Shown piece by piece: positions 1-13,336 of a stretch of 64,000 nucleotides of DNA. The stretch is taken from positions 20,026,001 through 20,090,000 of the forward strand of contig OZ365113.1 of assembly GCA_977030845.1 (NCBI GenBank), read 5' to 3'. Position 1 is the stretch's first letter; the number at the start of each line of letters is the position of its first letter. A program made the translations under genes and the position numbers. This DNA comes from Fimbriosthenelais zetlandica. Lineage: Eukaryota. Under the pieces are notes generated by a model that worked only from the letters and a program-made list of their open reading frames with translations, did no database searches and was not told the DNA's origin.

Positions 1-3000
1 AGGAAGTCAATAGGGCAGAAAATCAGCAGTTTGTCCTGGAGGGGTGCCCAGGACATCGCCAGTCTGGTGATAATCTTGCGGAGGCCAAATCTCTAGATGG
101 TGTGGAAAGAAACGACACAAGTGGCTCTATACCAATGGGGGTTGCCCAGTGAACCTGTCAACATATAGGTAATAAGATGACAATGATACTAGCTCAGAAT
201 AATGGTTCTCAATTAAACGATGAACAACTATTAGGATAAGTTATTAACGAGGTCACACTTGGCAGTTGGATCTTTCTTTTAGATCCTTTTGTGATCAATG
301 AACCCAATGAACACCGGGTCCATCTGTGGTAGACTGATTCAAGGAAAATAACTTCAGGCTGATCGAGATTTGAGTTGACAGCTGAAGGGAAGGTGAACCA
401 TCTCAAGTTAAGTGGAATGCCAGAAATGGTTCCACGTCTGTTAGGATTGCCGCCAGGAGGAGCAGGCTTTTGCTTGGGTTTTCAGTTCACACAGCTGGCA
501 ATCTCGAATTGAATGTTGAAATCAACGATCAGCAAGACAACCTATTAAAACCCCACATGTAGGCTTTCATTTATCACCCGACAACCACCTCTGTACAATC
601 AATTGAAGGGAGGTGGCAAACTAATGTATGCATAAAGTTTCTGGACCTTCAGGGCTTTCACTTGAGGATGGGAACCGCTTGAAAAAGAGAAGCCACAGGG
701 TAAGCCATCTGTCAAAAATGGCTTCCCCATTGCCTGTACACTAAATGCCCCGGTGACATAACAGATGGGGGGAGTCCAGCTGGTATAAATATCACCAGCA
801 TGTTCTGTCTTAGAAAACACCGATCCTGATCCATTCTGATCAATTATGTCAGTGAAAAAGGACTACTTGTACTTGGTGATATTTCAGCAATTATAGTTCA
901 CCCCATATCTAATTCACTATCTGATGTGCAGGTACACCTGTGTTCTTGCTTCACCTCTGCCATTTGAATAGATATAGAGCAAGAGTCAGTGTTTAGCCCA
1001 TAGGCCATATGCTCTCAGGGCAGCTCGCTGAGGTGAGCTCAATTTTGCCCTATACAACATGAATGAAGATATAGCTATTTATTGCCGAGTACGATTTCTC
1101 AAACAAAAACACTTCAGACAAATTTCATCCCTTAAAAAGAATGACTAATACGCTGTTTTTGGTAATCATTTCGAACTTGGCACAGGCAGTTTCTAAAGCT
1201 TGTAAACTGTCAAATGCTCAAAAGCAGCTGTAGTTTGGTAAAAGTCAAGACATGTGGGAACCTGCTGTTGTTTGCTTCATCTTGGCTCTCATCTGTGTAC
1301 GCTTTCACCTCCTCTACCTTCCCCTGTACCTCCTCATTCTCTACCTTTTCTTTCTCCTCCCTCTCTCTTTAAATATTTCTAGACTTCCTATCAGGCCATA
1401 CAAACAGGGACTGGCTGACTTCCCCCTTCCAGGCAGCTGCTTCCTACTTGTCAAACTTTACATCAGACTTGTGTCCATAACCTTCACTAACATCCACATA
1501 CCCTGGGGCTGCCTGGGTCAGTGTGTGTATGTAAAGAGTTTTCCAGGGAGGATCCAAAATCCATGAGATAATAGATGTTTATTTTGTTCCTTTTTAAATT
1601 GCAAGTAGCCACAGATTACCCCATGAATGTTTCTTCAAAGTACTTTCGATAACCTTCCTGAATCACGTTTGCCTAAGTGTTTGAGAAGAGAAAATGACGA
1701 AGTACAATGTATAACACTCTAAGGTAATGCTATAGGAGCACATTCACAACTGGAGATTATAAATGATCGTCAAAAACGTTGACATCATAACGACTACCAA
1801 CACAAATCTCGCCGACTCATTTATAGGTTGGGAAAGACAATAACAAGGTCATATCTGGAAACTAAAGAGTTCGGAACCGATATTTTAGGTCATAATGGCA
1901 GCAAAAGTCGGATAAGGAAGTGTAGTGTCAGTTTTGATTGATGACCGTTTCCTTTATGACAGGCAAAAAGGGAGCCTTACAATTAACAAGAGTGCTTCGT
2001 TTTCTTGCAGCCAGCATGCCACCAGTCTCCTCCAAAACCTAGAACATCACAAACATGCATATTTCATAGGAAATATAACATTTAATTGGGTAGCATTGAG
2101 ACAAAATAGTGCAGAAGCTTATATGGAATGGCATTTATGTTGGTCAGTGCGGAAAGTCAAGATGATAACACTGTTTCTAAGGATCGACAGAGACAGATGC
2201 TTGGAATGCTAATTGGAATGAACATAAGATCTGTGTAGTAGAATGCATATCATGAGGGGGATGGATGCCATGAATGATTGACAAAGAGCCCTACATCTAT
2301 ACCCTCATGATGGCCATTATGGAACCAGCAGAGGCCGACCAACCCGGATAAAGGGGTCACGTAAAGAGATCCCTCAGTGTGTACGGGTCATTCACGCCAC
2401 CATGATCATCATCTCTCAGACTACTGCTGTATCTATATCATCTCTCGTCATTGTAAACAAGCCTTGAGAGTCTATATACTTAATGTTGATTTTAATCACA
2501 CTGAATAACATTTTTGAGCGATCGACCAACATCAATGTTTGTGAACTGCAAGCATATATAGGCCTACATGCATTCATCAGGCAATCGGGATATAGCGTTC
2601 AATAGCAACATTGTTGCATCCCAATGAATCAGTTAAGAGGTAATCAAAGATGCATCAATCATTAAATGTGCGTTTTGACTGAAAATCATCTCATGACAGA
2701 TATAGTGTGAAAAGGCCAAATGTTATGCCACTTGGCGTGCAGACTGTCTTTTATGACGCCGCAGCGAATCCCAATCGATGACCGACATGTAAATGGATAC
2801 CGGTTGCCATGACGATTTGAGGCCCTTGAGGAGGCCAGACGATCATTGATAACATGTAACCAAGGGCGATGAGGGAGATTTACATGTTCCCACGTCTTAC
2901 ATGCTAAGAGCAGGGGACAATAAAACAGGCCTGCACTGATTGATCAGTGGCATGTTGGTAACATCAAGATCAGCCAATCAGAGCTGGTGAAATCCCAAAA

Positions 3001-6000
3001 CAGTGACCCCAAGTGGTTGAATCAGCTATAGGTTTCCTCCACATCTTCCAGATATATATAGAGCTCCCGCCACGATTTCTCCCTTATACGAAAGATGTGT
3101 TTAGGTTTTCACCCTCTTTCCAACTTCTGTCCATATCTTCCAGATGGTTTTCGTCTGCCACTATTGGCGCGCCAGTCGCGTAACAACTCGTCTGGATTTT
3201 GGCATGTAGTGCAGATAGGCCTACACCAGTTTGATTGTATACAATGTCACTCCACATAGCTGGGGCTCCATTAGATATACACAGATCCATTGTTTACGGC
3301 TACTCCAGTGGAAAGCTATTTTTTAAAGTCCACGACCGGGAAGACAGCTCCATGTGAGTTATGTGATATCTCTTTGATCCGTGTTTGATGTCAGATTGGA
3401 TCTTTTTTCTCTCCACGTAAAAAAAAGATGCCGACCGCATGCAGTCAATTTCTTCTTGTCTTCAATATTGTTCAGCATCTTTTTCATTCCCCATTTATAG
3501 CCACTGATTTGCGGTAGTGTCGCGTGTCTCTTGTCAAACCATTTTCTAACCAACCATCTTTCATACGACAAAGATTGAAAAGACCCTATTGAAATCATAT
3601 GTGACCATGATGGACTCAAAACCAAGAATGACCTCTTGGAAAAAGGCTCAGTTTTCATTTTCGAATTCCTGATGAATATTATACTTCAGTTCGACCAGTC
3701 TGTGTTACATAAAGTAGCGATATGGCTAAAAGTATAAAAAAATCTTCAAGACTGGGGGTTCGTCGACAGACCTTTGTATGTAAATTATAATGTACATTGC
3801 ACATCAGAATACAACTAACTGAGCATCCTAGTGAGGATTGAGGAGGCAGCATGCAGGTTGGTCTGACATTAGCCACATGGCTTGGCCGGCGGCTGTTTGT
3901 ATTACATTACAGCGACATTAAAACCACTTGTAAGCGCGCGCCATTGTCCAAGGCTAGCCCGGCGCCACTCGACGTAACGCGACAAGCCGTGAAAGAGTAC
4001 AGGATCGACTTGCTTCACTCCACTTGTTGACATCCTCCTAGACTTAAAGGTCTGCCCTCCGTATTTGACAGCAGACTTACAGGTCTCGTCCCCACATTTG
4101 ACAGCAACGGCAATGGGAGGTCGGCAGAGCGGTTTCCTTCTCTCTCGAGGTGCAAAAAAGTTGCTTCCTCTGAACCTCAATTGCGAAAACTTTCCCAGAA
4201 GTTTCTAATCCCCTTATTTCAAATTTGTCTGTAGTTATTGGTTATATTTATAAATCAGACTCAATGTAAGACCCCCTAACTTGTATAAAATGTATCGAAG
4301 ACCCCAATACGTATTCAAAGGGGTCATTTCTTGCAGCATGGTTCATGTCACTCGAAGCACTTTTGCTTGGGCCTTGGCCCTTTGCCTGTAACTGCTGCAG
4401 CTGCTGATTTGACTACAGATGCTTGCAGTCACATGAACAACATTCCCTTCTGGAGGCGAAGCAAGGAGAGATGGGCACGCAGATAAGGCCTCAGATTAAG
4501 TGGATAGTTGGCAGTGATAGATGTATGGATGGTCAGATAGCGAATGTTTATACAGTACAGCACGTAATAGCTGTCGGCGACATATTGAGCGACATATCAG
4601 GTTGCCAAACATGAATTAACTGTATAATTCCACGGTGTGATTTAAGGTAACACTTATATACGTTACCTACACAGCCTTTTTACTGCCGAAGATCAGTGCA
4701 TGTATAAGATTGACTGAAAGTGACTAGGTCTGTGGTTAGAAGTTGGGTTTCAAGGCAGGAGCTTTAAATTAATGTTTAGACCACAAATACCAAGGTATAG
4801 GACTATAGAAATTCCAAATATCTTTTGTCATTATGATCTGATTTCTTTTATTCTTTACCTCAATGTCAGTGAAGCGAGCATTTCAAGTGGAGAGAGCGCT
4901 TTTTCATGTTAAGGTGTCAAATGGCTTCGTGAGTGGCTTCCCACTTACCATGGCATTAGTGATACGTGCAGGCATCAGCAGATTACTCGTGTGTATGGGT
5001 GTGAGGTAGCAGGTGCAGCTTACGAATGAGTGCTCCAGAAAGCCTTAATAAATGATCCCCTCTTGCGGGATCATGAATATATTAGCTTTGTCTGAGGTTG
5101 AGGTTGGGGGTTGGGGAGTGGGGGTGCCTCGTCCCTGGCCCTGTCCACTCCCTCAGGGGCCTTGTCTGGGCCTTGGCTTTCCTCCCCAGCCTTCGCTCTC
5201 GCCATCACGCCTCGACACCAACACATGGCCAAAGCCATCCGACAAATTGGGCCGGCTCATTTTCATTAAATTCCAACCCAGCCGCACCTGCGTCCTCCTT
5301 TCAGAGCGCAGGCCTTCCCCCCTTCTCTCCTCCTTGCTCATAATCTATGGCCCAGCTGCCGCGAAGAGCTGAGTCCCTCGTTTATACCATGGCCCGCCAT
5401 CTTCTTGTTCAAAGTCTACATTCATATATACAGCTCGCCCAGGAACGTGAGCTGAATGCTCTCCTCAAGCTCAACAAGGGCTGAAACCCTCACACGACTA
5501 CGCCTATCTGCTCAGGGTGCAGACTGGCATTTCCGGGCACAATGCCTTTCAAAGGCCAAATAAACAGATGTACAAGTGAAATTCCTTAAATAACACATAA
5601 CAACTGATACCTTTAAGGACAACTGCCTTGGGTATATAAAGAAATGTTACAATAGCGAACGCCTAAAGTGGTTTCTTTAATGTAAAGGATTCATGAGCCG
5701 GAACATCAAGAAAGCGTTCCCCTGTCTACACGCTGAATTTCCATATACTACTATGCATGCTGACACGCACTCGCTCCAGCCGAACATGTAGGGTAAACAC
5801 ATGCATGTATTCGGACTGTATAACTAGAGACATGATGCTAATATGCCTCCCAATAGATCATTAGGACCTGTAGTTAGAAAGGAAATATATACAACAGGAA
5901 GATACATGTGGATATCATATCAGCAGGTTGCCCAGACCTTCAGACGTCTCCCTCAGAACTCTGAACTTGACTCAGCAGGTCAGCCGTTAGACAAGTGTTT

Positions 6001-7644
6001 CTGAGACGCCGTCAAAATCAGCTCTCCCTCCATAAGAACAGAGATCAAATTAGGAGGAAACCTGGCTGAGTGTTTCTGACAGGACATGTAACTATTCTTG
6101 GGATGTGCACTATAGCTCACTGCATAATGAAGGTATATAGATGGTGATGAATATTAGGAGAAAATGAACTTGACCCCAAAAAATGACCCAAGAACTTTAT
6201 GGCAAATGAAGATGATTTTGACTTTTATATAATATGATTCAATAGGTCTAGCTCGTAATATTATAAATCATCTATGAAAGACAATTTTTCCTTTTAGAAA
6301 AATCATAGAAAATACTGTCCCAACGAGTTAGGGACATTACAAATGCAAGCAACAGGTCGTTAATAAAGTGTGGGACATGCGATGCAGTTTGAACACTGTG
6401 TGGTTCCAGGTGCAGAGGCCTGCATTATGATAGTGTGCACACACACCTATACACATAGCGGGTATATATATATACATACATAGAGAGATACCTGGATGCG
6501 ATGGGTGGCTGCAGGTGGCGGGCCACAGGTGTGAGCCCATTACAGTGATGACTACAAGGCCTCCTCCTCCCCTCTCCGACCTTAGATGAGCACACCTGGC
6601 GCACCTGGCCTCAGCTACTTCTATACCTACCCGCCCGCAGCAACAACATGCGCCCATACAAAACAGCACAAGTAGCAGTATACTTGGTTCCAGAAATGTT
6701 ATAAAACATTTCCATATAGGCTCAATGTGGGAGTCACTGATGTACTTTACTGAACACAATCGGGCAAAGAGTATAAAAGTTGTATCCTATATTTGTATTC
6801 TCTTAAAGGGGTCTGCATTTTAAAGCTTATCTGGGAAGTTGGAGAACTGCATGCAGAACGATCCAAATTATACTGAAAATCATTAAGGTACGAGGTTAAA
6901 TTTTATTCTTCTGATGTATGAATTTATATTAATGGTTGCTACATGTATATCATAGAGGGAATGAGGGTTCAGTGTCCTATACGGCAATGCCTCTTCACTG
7001 TCTTTCATTATCATTTGATTCTTTCATGAAAACGACACAAGAGGGTTAATTGCGCACCTGTCCCACGCACCTGCTTCTCCCACACTTAACACGCATGTGC
7101 ATTTGACCCCGCGATCTGTCAAGACATTTGAACACAATTTAAAATGTGTAAGTGAGACCTGTCTGACAAGGCCCGATTGCCATGAACTGGTTTTCTCGAT
7201 TTTTACGTTTTCTATGATAAAACTAGTTTATGACACAACCATAAACAGTTCAATTTGTATCCGATTTTAAATCACTTATATTCCACTGATTGGTAACTAC
7301 AGTATTGGTGATTATTTAGACTATAGACTCAAATCATTGACCTAAAGTGGTTCATTGACACAGATTGTCTTCAGATCCTTTGTTTCATTGATTGACAGTG
7401 AGGGAGAGTGTGAGGTACCATTGACATGGTGGCTGATGGGCCCATGCTGGGACCGTGTGATCCAGGCCAATTAAATAATTAACTTATTAGTGACCGACTA
7501 ATTGGCCCAGTATGCGCGGATGGCCAGCTGTGGACCAAAGCTGTCGACTTACAATCTGTGCTATATCGTAATTAACGCCTATATATGAAGGAATTTCACT
7601 GACAACTATAAAGCTTTTAACAACTTTAGGTGTGCAAGATGCCA

Positions 7645-7965
7645 AGTGTCACTTTACACTAGCGCCAATGGGAGTTTTCTCCTATTATCGACGTCTACAT
7701 TATCGCGTTGGCAAAACCTACCAAACTGTCACATAATTATTAGAATGATATGCCTAGGCGTTGTATTTCAGTACAATATGTCTAAAATATCAAGGTTTGT
7801 ACAATAAAGGTCTGAACCGCTTAATAAAGTGTCAGTTTAGTACTTTACATTAGCGCCAATGGGAGTTTTCTCCTATTATCGACGTAACATCTTTGAATTA
7901 AAGACCTAGATTTTGTTGCTCAGTACAATGAATTTGTCTAAAATATCAAGGTTTCTGCAATAAAA
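7645..7965. repeat. Diverged tandem duplication (~150-190-bp period)
   Basis: actttaca(c/t)tagcgccaatgggagttttctcctattatcgacgt at 7651 and 7842; cagtacaat...gtctaaaatatcaaggttt...caataaa at 7769 and 7921. Confidence 0.85.
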
Positions 7966-10900
7966 ATTTGGAGAATGCCCCTTAATAATCATGTAAACAA
8001 ATTACACATAGTAGTACAATGAATGTAGGCCTTCTAACTTAAAATTGTTTGCATGTACATAACGGAGCCCCATTATGATTGATAACCTGGGGGACACCCC
8101 ATGTTATATCAACTTAACTACGGTGTCCATTACACCAATATCAAGCTATTATAAGAGGCGGAGCAAACAGTTTGAGTGTTAATAAATACCTGTAAACCTT
8201 CTAACCCACCCACCGAGGAGCCCACATAGAGTGAAGGGGATTGGTGTAACCAATACATCAGGCGGTCCCCTCTGAAGTCCCACACCTGACACACCTTTCT
8301 TTCTGTGTAGGTGGCTTTGTCTTGACCTTTGTAAAAAAGGCTTTGATGTTATGCTGGTAAAGTTTTGGCAATGATAATCTTTTTTTCTTTATGATGGTTT
8401 TAACATATTACCTGCATCATAAGGCAGATGGAGGCAAAATGTCCTCACCAACCAGCATATGAAATAAGTCCATTGACGTGCCTTGAAATAACAACAAAAA
8501 GGACAATGAAGAGTGAAAGCTATCAACAAATTGAGACTAATAGAAACGTGGGAATAAAATACATGACCAATAGAATTAAACATCTAAACACGTAAAGTCT
8601 TGACCCCAATCAACGGGACGTTGTCAGTGTGACATATGGGTAGTTGCGTGTGAAACGGGCCAGTACAAAGAGCATGACGAAGTGACCAGAAGCCCTACCA
8701 TCTGGCCACTATTGAATCTAACCATAGTCCATTGAGCCCGCGGGGGACCACTGATCACTCCCACATCAACAATAATAAGTCATCTGGCTGGGTAAACACT
8801 GAGTGGTATTATTATCATTATTATCACCACCCGCCAATACTTTACACAGTGAGCCTTGTCAATAGCCCGGGTCCTTATGACACGTCCCGTGTCAGGCCCC
8901 ACTCACCCGTCTTGGGTTATGTTCTAACTTGTGGCTTCATGCATTGCAATTGACTTTCAACCACTTGATACCCCACTTGAGCAGAAAGACATTTGTAGCT
9001 TGTTTACCAATCATTCTTCTAGGACTAATAAAGCAATAAATCAAGTCCCCTCCTTCCAACCTCTTATAGAGAATCATGCACTCCTCCAAAGGCAATTATT
9101 TTATACATTTATAATCTAGAGGACATGGATAGCTTTTTAAAGCTTTGATTGTTTGCAAATCATTATTTTATTTCATTATTTCGTTGAATTGCCAATCACA
9201 ATGATAGCTGAAAATGTACGGAATGTACATTTTTAGAATAACCAACGAGTATTTCTATACTCGTTGGAATAACCTAGCTCGCCTATAGATAGAAATTGCA
9301 CGAACAAATTCAAATTCCTAGATGATTTGAATATGCTCAGCATTTGGTATTTTTCATAATATTGCAATATTTCGATTTTGGTGAATGCTCAAACAAGCTG
9401 ACATGGGCAATCAGTCATAGCAAAAGAGGGGAATGTTTGAAAAGAATCTAGAGGGAATGACAGATATTTGCGTGCATGTGTCTTGCCCAAGCAAACTGGA
9501 ATTTGTCGTCTGGCAGCCGTCTGGTTCCCGCTCTCAGGGTCTGGAACTTGAAGAGGGCTGCTACTGCGCGTGCGCATGGAAAAGGCCACCTGGCCCCTTG
9601 GATAACAAGGTATACGCACCTTATGGTCGTCATGGCAACAGCTGTCAGGAGCGCAAGGTGTGTTTGTGGCTGTCAGGACAGAGTCCCATGTACAGGAGAG
9701 GGTCTGTGTACATAATGTGAACTAATATATCATGCACATTACTTGTCCCTATGACAATGAGGGTGTCCAGATTTTTTCATTAGATATCACCCCAAGGTTG
9801 TAACTTTTTTTATAATCCCTTCACAGTTCCATTTCGCAACTAAACATCTTTAATTTGGGGGGTCAGGGTGGGCGTGTTTGAACTGTTGAATTACCCGTAT
9901 ATGACATGTATATGACGTCACCAGACAGTATTAGACTGGCAACAGGGACATTTTCTAATGTTTATAAAGATGCATTCAAGATTCAATTTCCAATTGGAGC
10001 ATCTTCATAATATAGATCCATCTGTGGTTGCATTATTACATACATTGTAAGACCTTTGATACGAGTATATAGCAGTGATGACCTGGAGGGGAGATATAAT
10101 ATATAAAAGCATGTCACACCTTACAATCCTCCCCTATATCTACTCCTCACACAGCTGAAACATCAGCTGTGTGTGAGAGAGATGCGGTACAACACAGGAC
10201 CAACACTTTGAGGTCACGTCAAGGTCAGCTTCACATACTCCCAAACACCTGACCACTCTCTGACCTTCCATATGCTTCTCTGCTGCCGACACATCCAATC
10301 ATGTTTAATCAGCTTGCAGCTTCAGCTAGTTATCTAGTGGGATTAAGCGCTATTTACATTTTCTAGGTGTTAGCCTGCATGAAGGAACTAATATATACGC
10401 ACACCTTTCGTAGCATGTGTGTCGACCAAAATCTCCCATAAATACCCACAATAGTGTCAGGATATTAGGGTTGAAACGCCTGAGGTCTGGACAGATCTAA
10501 TTGCTACCTAGGGATAAAATAAATCGCAATGTTATGATAGAGTGGAGCACAGAGTTGATGTAGGGACTGTAGATGATAAGGATTAATGACCTTTCCTGGA
10601 CAAGCATTCATTGCAGCCAGGATTCGGTCCACAAGCTCTCACAAAAGCCATGCCCTGTTAAGATGACTTAAGATGACTTAACCCCAGAGCACATCGGGTC
10701 AATTGGGGTTGACCTGGAGCAAAGGGTCACGGCCTATAGGTCATAGGGGTTTCTTTTGTGCCTATCTCTGCCTCAACCCCCATCTCGATATCCAACCAGC
10801 CCATCTCATTCCCACCCAAGCTCATCTCTCACATGCCGGATCGTGAGTTTTTCCGATCACAGTTAAAAAATCATTGAAACCGATCAAAACAAAAACACAG

Positions 10901-13300
10901 CTGTAAAGCCGACCATGTGGTCTGCGTTTAACCAATATTCCAGTGTTGGAAATATCGATATATTACAATAGCTTTGAAAGCAGGTGCTCCTACAGAAAAT
11001 ATGGCTGATTCAATACTCAATAAACACATCTGTTAACTGAGTATATGTGTTCAAAATCATCTGGTCATATCATTACAACTCTCTATGATATTTGAGAAAC
11101 GTATGCCATAAGGTCAAAGTTTATTCAATATACTTGTATATAGGCAGTAAAAGCCTTTTAATAATGCAAGGGCATCTGCTAGATCTAAGAATATTAAAAA
11201 CACGTTTGTGCATTACGTACACATCATATTCAAAGTGCCGTATCAAGTTTTGTTAGCGCTTGCAGGTCTTGACCATATGCCCCATGCAGAGTGTAAGTAT
11301 TTCTCATGAATCATTTACCCAAATAATGATGTATATTAATCGAAGGCTATATTCCTTTATTATCCCATCATTTCTATTTAATAGTCCAAAGAGATATTTA
11401 CTAAGAGATACATATTCATCATTTTTACTACGTGTTTTTATAACAGTTGGTTCAAGGTAGCAATATTTTTTCTTGGTGCCAGATGATAAATTGACAAAGT
11501 CAAAGTTAGGCATCATATCATTGACAAGCTCAGTTAGGTGTCGTTGATTCTTTTCAGTGGAGTTGATAATTTATCATAATTCTCTGATGATACTTTTTTC
11601 AAAAAAACTTAATATTTAAAAAAAGAACTTAATATTTGTGTTAAGGACAGGTGGAGATAATCCGGGCAGTGTTGTGGAGTTGCCCCCTGCATCTCTGGGG
11701 TTGATATAATGAGTGTCATACCGAGATCCAGGCCAGCTGAGGACTATCACATCACATGCCATAATTATTAGCCTAACACCAGTATTCAAGGCCAAGCGAA
11801 GGCAAAATAGTTTACCCTCCTCTGCCTGGTTAGAATGACATTAAGGCAAACTTCATTATAGTCATTATATATACACGTTGTATATCCTCATACAGATAGC
11901 CTCATGAATTGGCAGGAGGATTAAAAAAAACTCCCCCAAATGAATTTACACCATAATGTAAACCATGTATTTGGCTCAGGTCACTTCAATAGATGTTAAC
12001 ATTCACGGGCATGGATGTGAAATATATATAGGCTTGCAGAGAGTACACATTTCTTGCTCATAATTTTAACTTGAATATACCGTTCAAACAAGAATATAAT
12101 GTTCCTCCATCCTAAAGCAACTGCAAGAATACCTGTCGGCCAGCAGTCACAATATTTCACCTTGTTTTATTGAAATTGCAGACCAGACAATCGAGTCTGT
12201 TCATTTTTGAAATGGAGAAGATGATCGGCAACAAAAGGAGAAAAGTTAATAAATCTTGGCCTGACTGAGGGCCCGTGGCATGACCTGATCTCTATGTCAG
12301 TCTATGATGAATATCACCATGCAGGATGTATACATATACACCATTATGCTGGTGCCCGCCTTTACCCCTATGTGCCATCGTGACCGTTTGTAACGATTTC
12401 ATATTCATGTTGGTACCATTTGGCCACTGATAATGGGGAATGTTGGAAAAAAAAACTGCATTAACTTCTATTCCCAATGTAGTTTAGACATATAGACACA
12501 CTCCTCATATTTGTATTCTACCATGCATGGGAACAATGAGATAAATATATCATTTTTTCAATTGTATATCAGTGCATTAAAGTCAAATTGTATAACCATA
12601 ATAAACGTATAGTATCTAAAAAATTTGAACAAATGACAAGGCTATGCAAGTCAAGACAACTCCTACTCGTCCTATTATAATATAGATTTGTATAATACAG
12701 TTTCGTATTGATGTGTATTAATGCATATCAATGACACCATTTTATCAGAGGGATACCTTGATTTTCACTAATCTTGTCCCATTATCCACACACCACCTAT
12801 AACATGATGTAAGTATATAGGAGGTGGTGCAGGGACAAGTAGTCGTATGGGGCAGCCCTCTCCACCCTGCCGAGTGGCCATGTTGTGGGGCTGGCCTAAC
12901 CGGCTGTTGTTCCAGCAGACCATCTGTCGATCCAGCTGGGTTTCAGGCACCCACCGGATGGGCAATCAGACCTAGCAGCTGTGCAAATGTTCACTCATCC
13001 CTCCCTCCTTCTCTCTCTTCTCTCCTCTCCTCTCTTCTCTAACCAACCCTCCTCCTCCTTCTGCAATACGTATAGCATCCATCAGCATCTTTCTCTTCAT
13101 GCTGCCACCTATCACTACCTCATTAAGATATGGCAAGATTTTCATCATAACTTATCAATCATACCATTCCACTAGCCACATGTTATCAGCTTGCTGAATC
13201 TTCGTGTGCAATATTTTCTCAATCTTACCAGCAACACATCGTATTATCAACCTTATCCGGAGAAAAATTGTCATGCAAGGACTACAACGAAAGAGAGATC

Positions 13301-13336
13301 TGGGTCCAATGTAAAATATGGGTCCAATGTAAAATA
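13301..13336. repeat. 18-bp tandem duplication
   Basis: tgggtccaatgtaaaata x2. Confidence 0.9.

Noticed and set aside
300-343. Minus-strand LNQSTTDGPGVHWV, resembling the adenain/Polinton protease His motif
   Set aside because: It is followed immediately by a stop, and no downstream YFDS or QxxxSxxCG motif appears in any frame I read.
505-545. Minus-strand VLLIVDFNIQF, resembling the LINE endonuclease GDFN motif
   Set aside because: The Gly is missing, stops flank it, and there are no other APE or RT motifs nearby.
4040-4110. LKGLPSVF/LTGLVPTF pair resembling the THAP AVPTIF box
   Set aside because: There is no upstream C2CH zinc-ligand pattern; it is better explained as a ~30-nt degenerate duplication.
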